Virus record (IMG/VR): IMGVR_UViG_3300013006_001433
Location: 1-64,000 of that record
Strand: one strand, 5' to 3'
Length of the DNA: 64,000 nt
From: a virus
Position numbers and translations under genes: made by a program. Of this stretch, positions 56,691 to 64,000 are shown one piece after another (positions within the stretch are counted from its first letter, which is position 1; every line of letters begins with the position of its first letter). The notes below the pieces were generated by a model, which saw only the letters and a program-made list of their open reading frames with translations, had not been told where the DNA came from and ran no database searches.

Positions 56691-57523
56691 TTTTTTATTA
56701 ATTTATTTAATTTATTTTCTAATTCACCAAATTTTAAATCTATACTAGTTAATAAATTTTTATAAAATTTATTTAAAAATGGATCAAATTCTAAATCTAA
56801 ATAATAAACTTTAAGATTTGGCAAATAGTTAGTAATTATTAAAATCTCTTTATCTTTTTTAAATCTAGACTCAAGATCCTGCTCAACTGTTAGAATAATT
56901 TTTTGAGTGAAAATATTTCCATCTAAAATATGATCTTGTAAATTATTATTGAATTCAATAATTGAATAATTTTTAAAATTAAATATATTTTTGATTATGT
57001 TTGATTGCACTTTGATTTCTGAAATTTTAGAATAAATATGATCGATTAAGATTCTAGCTCCATGATTATTTATAAAATATGATCCCTTCTCTGGTGGTGA
57101 AGTATATTTTCCATTATTTATTATTGAAAATTTTATTTTAGAATCCTTGACCTCAACTACCCTTAAAATAGTTTTCTCATTCCAGCAAAAAATACCTTTT
57201 TCTGGATAAAATTCTTGCCCATCAAATACTTCACCTTCAATATTTAATATTTCACTATATTCTTTGAATTCGTATTCGTTATATCTTAGATCAATTTGAT
57301 CATTTATTGATAAATCATTAGAAGGTTCAAATATATATATCCTATTTTTTTCTTCTAATTTTTTAAAAGGTTTTTCTATAAAATATCTTTCAACTTCTTT
57401 TATATTAAAAATAGAGTGATCATCTTTGAATATAACAGATGAGTTTTTTGATATAGTACTATTAGATAAATTAGCGTTAACTAATATTTTATTATTATAA
57501 ATAGAAGCGATTAAGTTATCCAT
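56687..57523 (-). CDS. Hypothetical protein
   Basis: 278 aa ORF in the tail module. Confidence 0.55.
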   Translation of the reverse strand: MDNLIASIYNNKILVNANLSNSTISKNSSVIFKDDHSIFNIKEVERYFIEKPFKKLEEKNRIYIFEPSNDLSINDQIDLRYNEYEFKEYSEILNIEGEVFDGQEFYPEKGIFCWNEKTILRVVEVKDSKIKFSIINNGKYTSPPEKGSYFINNHGARILIDHIYSKISEIKVQSNIIKNIFNFKNYSIIEFNNNLQDHILDGNIFTQKIILTVEQDLESRFKKDKEILIITNYLPNLKVYYLDLEFDPFLNKFYKNLLTSIDLKFGELENKLNKLIKN

Positions 57524-57530
57524 TTAACTA

Positions 57531-58373
57531 TTATATATAATATTTTAGTGATATTCTAGTATTTATAACGTTATCAGATTTTAAATCAAAATCTTTATTT
57601 ACTAAATAACCACTATTTAAGCTTATATTGCTTGATAAATTTGTATTATTTAAATTTTTAAGAGATATTAGTCCAGAATAATTAGTATTAGAATCCATCA
57701 TAATATAATCAGAATAATTAAATAAAGTATTTAAATTTATCTCTTCTTTATTATACAATACCCTATAAGGGTATGATTCGTTCATTCTATAAACAGCATT
57801 AATATCTGCTTTATAATCAAAATTGAAATTCAATACTTCGCCAGATAAAGTATCTAATATTAGGTTATTATTTTCCCATAATTTAAATGAAAAATCTTCT
57901 GCGGCACTAGTATTTCTTCCAGTAATGCCATACTGATCTAATTGCCAAGATGGATTATTATTTTGTAAATTAGTTATTAAATTTGGATTAAATCCAGATC
58001 CAGTACTATAAAATACAAATTCTAAATTATTTCTAACTATACTATTTGGCACAACCTCAAAAGAATACGATCTTAAATATCCACTTTCAAATACGCCACT
58101 TCCAAAGCATAACGTGTAAAAATATTTTTGTCCACTTGGAGAGACTATATTATTTAAAAATATATTTTCTTTTGGTATTTCCGCTAAATAACTTAAAGCT
58201 ATTGTGGTGGTTAGACCTTGAGATGCAATACTTCTGAATGGTCTTTTGTCTCCAATTTTAAATGAAAAATCTAAATTTGGATTTATTGTTAATTTTATAT
58301 TTTGGGCATTGAATTGATAGCCCGAATTATTTCCAGTTACAACAATTGGTAAATCTTTAAATGAATAAAACAT
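57531..58373 (-). CDS. Putative tail structural protein (paralog family)
   Basis: FESGYLRSYSFEVVPNSIV; FNFDYKADINAVYRMNESYP. Confidence 0.55.
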   Translation of the reverse strand: MFYSFKDLPIVVTGNNSGYQFNAQNIKLTINPNLDFSFKIGDKRPFRSIASQGLTTTIALSYLAEIPKENIFLNNIVSPSGQKYFYTLCFGSGVFESGYLRSYSFEVVPNSIVRNNLEFVFYSTGSGFNPNLITNLQNNNPSWQLDQYGITGRNTSAAEDFSFKLWENNNLILDTLSGEVLNFNFDYKADINAVYRMNESYPYRVLYNKEEINLNTLFNYSDYIMMDSNTNYSGLISLKNLNNTNLSSNISLNSGYLVNKDFDLKSDNVINTRISLKYYI

Positions 58374-59186
58374 TTAATAAAATTTAGTAAATCTTCTTCT
58401 AGTTGTTGTTACTCCATCTACAGCGCTACTTCCTTCTATAGCAACATTTTGTGCGCCACTAATTTCTACAGAGTAGGTTGTTCCTGGACAACAAATAGCT
58501 TCTAATGAGAAATTAACATTTCTAGATTCTCCAGTATATAATATTCTTCTATACAAAGATTCATTCATTTCAAATTCTTCTGATGCACCATTGAATTTCA
58601 CAGTCTTGGGCCTTCTGTAATTCAATACTTTAATTGGTAAATAAGATGGTTTAAAATTATAACTTATACCAAAAATATCGTCATATGATTCAATTTGATT
58701 TTGGTAATTATTTGGAGTCAAACTCATACTTGTTCTTGATCCGTGCAGAAAATTTGCATTTAAATTTTGTCCATCAATGTAAGAACCAACTTGACCACTA
58801 GGAGGATTAAAAGTAAAAAATGAAGCTTGTGCGCTTACGATTGTGTTCGGAGCCACACTAAAAGAAAAGCCATCTAGAAAGCAACCTGTATATCTTAACC
58901 CTCCAACATCAACATCACAGTTTGGAGCAACGTCTGTTAAATTACTTTTCATATTAGTAATTAACGCCTTAATTGGATCATCATTTTGAATATTATATTG
59001 AAGCGAAACGTTATGAATGACAACATCATTTGTTACTTGGTTATAATAAGCTTGTCTTTTTCCTATACTTTTTACAGGTGTTACGCTAGATGTACTAGAA
59101 AAAGTCACATTTGTTGCTGCTAGAGACCCCGTAACATTATTAAAAATGAACCTAAGTGGGGTGTATTTAAAAGAATATATGTTCAT
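58374..59186 (-). CDS. Putative tail structural protein (paralog family)
   Basis: YTGCFLDGFSFSVAPNTIV; ISYNFKPSYLPIKVLN; GTGTAA 9 nt upstream. Confidence 0.55.
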   Translation of the reverse strand: MNIYSFKYTPLRFIFNNVTGSLAATNVTFSSTSSVTPVKSIGKRQAYYNQVTNDVVIHNVSLQYNIQNDDPIKALITNMKSNLTDVAPNCDVDVGGLRYTGCFLDGFSFSVAPNTIVSAQASFFTFNPPSGQVGSYIDGQNLNANFLHGSRTSMSLTPNNYQNQIESYDDIFGISYNFKPSYLPIKVLNYRRPKTVKFNGASEEFEMNESLYRRILYTGESRNVNFSLEAICCPGTTYSVEISGAQNVAIEGSSAVDGVTTTRRRFTKFY

Positions 59187-59203
59187 ATGACTATATTACA
59201 CCA

Positions 59204-62200
59204 TTAAAATGGATTTACTCCAGAATTGGCCACCCCAAAGGTCCATTTATTCTGGTCAGCTCGAATATTAGTTGAATCTGTGGTAATTTGTATTCTAACA
59301 CCAGTAACATTATTTGCTAGGGATAAATCTTGAGTTAAAATACTAGTTGTTGATAAAGTATCTATTAGACTTGAAGTTCCACCTCCTCTGACCAAAGCTG
59401 TCATAACTAATCTATCTGGTTCTGTACTATTAGGTTTAAATTTGACTCTAATTTTTCTTGTATAAGTTACTGGCACAATCCAATCAGTTGTCCAAGGCGC
59501 ACTTCCACCAGCAGTAATATTGTCTGTAGAAGTCGTATACTCTACATAAAGATTAGTTAATAAATCATTTGGTCTTGCTATTACACTATAACTCCAAAAT
59601 CCACAAGTAGCTTCGTATGAAGCAATTTCTGCTTTTATAGTATCATAAGACTCAGTTTTATAAAAACAGTAAATTCCAACTCCAGGAGCTTGTATTACTG
59701 AATTATCAAAAGCATCATTGGTTATTTCTCCACAAATAGTTGTATCATAAATTATAGCATTGGTGTCTGCTCGTCTAAAGATAATTCTATTTGGTACAGA
59801 AAATGTTCGAAAATTTATTAAAATCCATCCAGGATCAGATCCAACATAAGTTGTTCTGTAAGGATATTGAGTAGATGGATAAAGCCCTTCTACTTCTGGA
59901 AGCCAGGTATCAGATGCCGCAAAATTAGCCCTATTCCTTCCGTAAATTGGACAGGGATTAAATTCTCTATATACTCCTATATCTTGAGTAAGATTAAAAT
60001 CTGCTAAATCTTTTGCCCCTGTTAATGTGCTTCCATATCCATATCCATATCCAGTATATGGATTATATTGATAATTACAATTACAATCTTCTTTATAAGC
60101 GTTATGAACATATTTTGAATCAGTTAATTCAAAACTTGATAATTTTCCAGCTACATTAATAACGCCATCGATATCAGTATTAAATACATAAAATCTTATA
60201 GGAGTATTTTTAGGTACAATTCCATCCCATGGAGTATTTTTAAAATTGATAAAAGAATTGTAGTTACTATATATGTCGTAAAATGTCATATCCATTCTTG
60301 GGTTTATTTCTTTTAAAGAGCTGCTACTATTTAATATAAATTGCCCAGAAGATAAAGTTCCACTTGTTCTTGGTAATGGCACTATATTCCAATAAAAATC
60401 TCCGTGTTCTCTTCCTTGTCCAACTTTTTGTAAACTATAATCATCATAAGCAATTGGCCCTACTGTCACTCCTGCATTAATAGGAGGATATACATCATGC
60501 ATTCTTTGAGATATTGGATTACCTTGTGTATCAGCTAATACTTGAGAAACCGTTCCAACTGCTGGTCCATTTGTTGCTAAAATTCCAACTCCATTTGGAC
60601 CATTCATTAGGGAGACTGCTGTCCCAGTATAAGCTATAAATTCTATTGGAACAGAAGTAGCCCAAGTTGATCCTGTTGAAACGCAAATACCCAAAGATTC
60701 GGAATTTATGAAAGTTGCAGCTCCAGTTGTAATACCACTAGAATATATTTTATATCCATTTGCTAATGTAGTTCCAGAAAATCTATTTAATGTTGCAAAT
60801 TGTGCTCCACCCCATGGATTGTTAAAGCTGGTCCACACAGTTCCATTCTGACGATAGGCTGTTATATATGTAAGGGCTGGAGAAGTAGTGAAATCTGGAG
60901 TTGCAAGAAATTCTATGTATTCATTATCTGTACCAAAATCATCATAAGATATTTCGTTTAGCCATATAGATTTTGTTTTTGGAGAAGTGGCTGTTCCAAA
61001 ATATCCACTAAATGCATTTATGTTTCCTGGAGAACTTATTGCTGTTTTATATACAGGATCCATTCTTAAAGAAGTATAAAGTGTAAGTCGTGGTCCGATT
61101 CCACTATACGCTACAGTATAAGGCGAGTACCATATTACAGTTTGATTAGCTTCCGTGCCGCTTGTTATTACAAAAATTTGATTTGGATTATTTACCGAAA
61201 TTCCTTGTGGAGCAATTAATCTATAATCAAATGGTGCAGGACCAAAATAAAAACTTTCTATAGCAAAATTTGAATCTGTTTTATTAAGTTCAGAAAAATT
61301 TACATCAATTCCGCAATATGCACAGTAGTCTATTTTCATTGAATCGTAATTATATATATAATTTGGAATATATTGTTGTTCTTTTCCCCAAAGTTGTTCG
61401 TATCCGTATTTTCGTTCGTAACCATATTTTTGTTCGTATCCATATTTTTGTTCGTAACCATATTTTTGTTCGTAACCATATTTTTGTTCGTAACCATATT
61501 TTTGTTCGTAACCATATTTTTGTTCGTAACCATATATTCTTTCTGGCAAACTATCTTCTAAACATTTTTTATAAATTCCACTGGCATTTGCGTTATTCAA
61601 TAAATTAACTTTTAAAGATTGTATTCCTAACGCATCTTCACTATATCTATAAACTGCGCTTCCAGTTACATAACAATCTTCCAAATAAAAATCATATAAA
61701 AATCTACCATTTTGTCCTGTCCAAAATTCTCCAGTTACAAGATAATAACATGAATCACAAGAGTCTTGGGATATATTACTAAGCGCTTGTGCATATGTAC
61801 TAACAAAACTATCTCCGCTAGCATACCCACTTCTTAAAGTAGAAGTAATAGAATTTGAAGGGCAAAGTCCACTGAAAGTCACAGTATAGTCACAATTTGC
61901 GCAAGAAATGGCATTCTGTGCTGCAGTTTGTAATTCTAAAGATTCAGCTTCTGCATCACAAACAGCTTTCACTTGATCTACAAAACTATCTCCTGAACCC
62001 GTAACAAATCCAGTAAAATAACAATTTGTATCATATTTAGAATTAGGAGTATACAATAATTTAGTATTCGCTCTTCCAGTTAAAAGATCAATAGGTAATA
62101 CTCCATAATTAGATATAGTTAAATTAATTCCATTAGATATGTCTACTCCTTGATTTGAAGTGGGATTTCCTCCGCTTATTTTAAAAAAATAAGTTGTGTT

Positions 62201-62737
62201 ACCGCTAAGTTCAAAAGATTTTTTTGTATTTGAATTTATTGTTGTATCTATAATATTAGTATTGATAGTTAATCCTAATGTTAATTTAAGTTCATTATTA
62301 ATACTATTTGCGCCAGTATAAGCAATTGTTAATGGTATTTTATTATTAATACATGAAGAAAAAATAGGTGATAAAGTATCTAATTTTCCAGTAATGAAAA
62401 TTCCAGTTCTTCCTCCAGAACTAGGAGCAGATATTTCAAAAAAGTTTTTTCCTGTGTAAAATGTATGATTTAAAAAATTATTAGGAGATGTAGTGGCATT
62501 TGAATAGGTAAAAAAATTATGACTACCATATTTTAAATTATTATGAACTACTAAAGAGTTTGAATAACTTCCGAATAAATTATATGTTCCAGTTAAATTT
62601 GTTGGTACAGATTTTCCACTTATTAAATAACCAGTCAATATTGGAAAATTATTATAAACATCTTCTGCGCAATCATATCCATATGTTTTAATTGCTTCTC
62701 CAGTATGAAAATTTATTGGCATTGATACTAAGCTCAT
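59204..62737 (-). CDS. Large virion/tail-associated protein with Cys-rich segments, YGYEQK repeats and a lamin-tail-like domain
   Basis: IWLNEISYD...NEYIEF resembles LTD; directly follows the tape measure gene. Confidence 0.6.
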   Translation of the reverse strand: MSLVSMPINFHTGEAIKTYGYDCAEDVYNNFPILTGYLISGKSVPTNLTGTYNLFGSYSNSLVVHNNLKYGSHNFFTYSNATTSPNNFLNHTFYTGKNFFEISAPSSGGRTGIFITGKLDTLSPIFSSCINNKIPLTIAYTGANSINNELKLTLGLTINTNIIDTTINSNTKKSFELSGNTTYFFKISGGNPTSNQGVDISNGINLTISNYGVLPIDLLTGRANTKLLYTPNSKYDTNCYFTGFVTGSGDSFVDQVKAVCDAEAESLELQTAAQNAISCANCDYTVTFSGLCPSNSITSTLRSGYASGDSFVSTYAQALSNISQDSCDSCYYLVTGEFWTGQNGRFLYDFYLEDCYVTGSAVYRYSEDALGIQSLKVNLLNNANASGIYKKCLEDSLPERIYGYEQKYGYEQKYGYEQKYGYEQKYGYEQKYGYEQKYGYERKYGYEQLWGKEQQYIPNYIYNYDSMKIDYCAYCGIDVNFSELNKTDSNFAIESFYFGPAPFDYRLIAPQGISVNNPNQIFVITSGTEANQTVIWYSPYTVAYSGIGPRLTLYTSLRMDPVYKTAISSPGNINAFSGYFGTATSPKTKSIWLNEISYDDFGTDNEYIEFLATPDFTTSPALTYITAYRQNGTVWTSFNNPWGGAQFATLNRFSGTTLANGYKIYSSGITTGAATFINSESLGICVSTGSTWATSVPIEFIAYTGTAVSLMNGPNGVGILATNGPAVGTVSQVLADTQGNPISQRMHDVYPPINAGVTVGPIAYDDYSLQKVGQGREHGDFYWNIVPLPRTSGTLSSGQFILNSSSSLKEINPRMDMTFYDIYSNYNSFINFKNTPWDGIVPKNTPIRFYVFNTDIDGVINVAGKLSSFELTDSKYVHNAYKEDCNCNYQYNPYTGYGYGYGSTLTGAKDLADFNLTQDIGVYREFNPCPIYGRNRANFAASDTWLPEVEGLYPSTQYPYRTTYVGSDPGWILINFRTFSVPNRIIFRRADTNAIIYDTTICGEITNDAFDNSVIQAPGVGIYCFYKTESYDTIKAEIASYEATCGFWSYSVIARPNDLLTNLYVEYTTSTDNITAGGSAPWTTDWIVPVTYTRKIRVKFKPNSTEPDRLVMTALVRGGGTSSLIDTLSTTSILTQDLSLANNVTGVRIQITTDSTNIRADQNKWTFGVANSGVNPF
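61394..61534 (-). repeat. 18 bp tandem repeat, 8 units, encoding YGYEQK
   Basis: TATGGTTACGAACAAAAA units; last two units are YGYERK and YGYEQL. Confidence 0.95.
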
Positions 62738-62739
62738 AA

Positions 62740-64000
62740 TTAACTACCTTTTGCTAGTAATCCTCCTGGCCTTTTTTGTTCGATAATTGTTTTAATGGTA
62801 TTTTCTTTAATCATTTCAGTCAAAGCTTTCATCTTTTGTCCAGATGTTTTGTTTGTATCATCGTTATTATTTTCATCATTATTATTAGAATTACTAGATT
62901 TAGTTTCGGAAGTATTTCCATCACTTTCAATATTAATAGATATATTAATATTATTTACCATTCCTTCATTTGAGGTATTTTTACTTAAGGTGTCATTTAG
63001 ACTACTTAATGTTTGAGCAAGATCAGATGATTGCGTTTGATTGTTGATACTAGTGTTATTATTAATAGTTGAATCTGATACCATTTGTTCAATAATATTT
63101 GGATTTTTGGATTCATTAATTGGCCCAACTTGACCACCATTCGCAAATTTACCAACATTTCCTCGATTTAGTTTATCAAAGAAATTTGATCCATATTTTT
63201 GTACTGCATCTTTACTAACTACGTATTCTCCGTTCATTAATAAAGCTGGAACATCATCTTGCGCCATTCCACCTTCTGCGAATTTAAATCTATTACTATA
63301 TTGTAATCCAGAAGAAGAAGAACCTTCTCTTCTAGTATTTGAGTATGAAGTTCCTCCTCCTAACATACTCGCTAGCATTGGTGCACCTACTGCCCCTGCT
63401 CCAAGTAAACCGAACGTAGCTAATTGACTCATCATTGGGCTCATTCCAAAAAGTCCTCCTGCTCCAGCTGCTGCGGTTGAAGAAGTAACAGCTGTACCAG
63501 CCGAACCTATACCAAAACTTGCACCAAAACCAGTTGATCCTCCAATACTTCCTCCAATTCCTCCTGCTCCCCCTGCTCCTCCAGCAGCGGCTCCCCCAAA
63601 TCCTCCAAATGCACCCATTAATAATGATCCTCCGATTGCCATACCAGCATTCAAGAAAGCAGCTTGCATGCTTTGTTTTTGTTTTCTATTATAAGCATCT
63701 AATTGTTGCTGATAAACATATTCTGCTTGTGCTTTTGTATAAATATTTTGATTTAAAGAATCATTTAAATAACTTTGGTAATCATAATAAGTTTGCTCAG
63801 TTTGCATTCTTTCTAAATTTGCTCTATTTGTTTCATCTGTTAAAGCATAATTACTTAATCTTGGATCTACTTTTGCTTCGCCTTTCATTTGAGCCATATA
63901 AGCTTGTAAAGCAGATATACCTTGGCCAATATCTTTTGTATTTAATCCAGAAGTATTTTCAAAACCACTCACTACATATTTATTTTCTAATTCTTGTTGA
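62740..64000 (-). CDS. Tape measure protein, C-terminal part (frame is open to the window edge)
   Basis: FAEGG...DDVPALLMNGEYVVSKDAV...FANGG, C-terminal IEQKRPGGLL; no in-frame stop between 63972 and 64000. Confidence 0.8.
   Translation of the reverse strand, partial: QQELENKYVVSGFENTSGLNTKDIGQGISALQAYMAQMKGEAKVDPRLSNYALTDETNRANLERMQTEQTYYDYQSYLNDSLNQNIYTKAQAEYVYQQQLDAYNRKQKQSMQAAFLNAGMAIGGSLLMGAFGGFGGAAAGGAGGAGGIGGSIGGSTGFGASFGIGSAGTAVTSSTAAAGAGGLFGMSPMMSQLATFGLLGAGAVGAPMLASMLGGGTSYSNTRREGSSSSGLQYSNRFKFAEGGMAQDDVPALLMNGEYVVSKDAVQKYGSNFFDKLNRGNVGKFANGGQVGPINESKNPNIIEQMVSDSTINNNTSINNQTQSSDLAQTLSSLNDTLSKNTSNEGMVNNINISINIESDGNTSETKSSNSNNNDENNNDDTNKTSGQKMKALTEMIKENTIKTIIEQKRPGGLLAKGS

Noticed and set aside
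61394-61534. CRISPR array
   Set aside because: Head-to-tail 18 bp units with no spacers, in frame within a CDS; no cas genes
61318-61608. Alternative-frame ORFs over the repeat
   Set aside because: Open only because the 18 bp repeat lacks stops in those frames
2964-63016. Short nested or antisense ORFs in the track (for example 2964, 4014, 9727, 10661, 16536, 18563, 29756, 32285, 48273, 52462, 62776)
   Set aside because: They lie inside well-supported genes and have no motifs or promoters of their own
1-64000. Stop-codon reassignment
   Set aside because: Conserved genes are full length in the standard code, and TAA, TAG and TGA all end genes at expected positions

Overview
A strongly AT-rich, densely coding 64 kb segment of a large tailed (Caudoviricetes) phage genome; it does not look like a bacterial chromosome. 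In order along the window: small late genes; a phage tmRNA with an adjacent HNH gene; a minus-strand auxiliary metabolism block (purA, amidinotransferase, class III aminotransferase, two lambda gpK-like JAB/NlpC paralogs, IMPDH/GMPR-family enzyme, dCMP deaminase); dNMP kinase and a phage sigma factor; nrdAB, preceded by an unannotated ~285 nt highly structured RNA with its own sigma70 promoter; an 11.5 kb glycosyltransferase/NDP-sugar cluster with two 3,6-dideoxyhexose routes; a replication module (RecA, DnaB, ThyX, primase, RecB-like nuclease, DnaE split into PHP and core genes with a DnaQ-like gene between); more glycosyltransferases; and a lambda-like tail-tip module (tape measure 3' end, M, L, I, J). 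The gpJ gene carries an N-terminal Hint (BIL-type) domain followed by 13 prolines. Two promoter classes (TTGACA-N17-TATAAT-like and GTGTAA) sit so close to start codons that most transcripts appear leaderless. All calls come from motif reading only; no searches were run.
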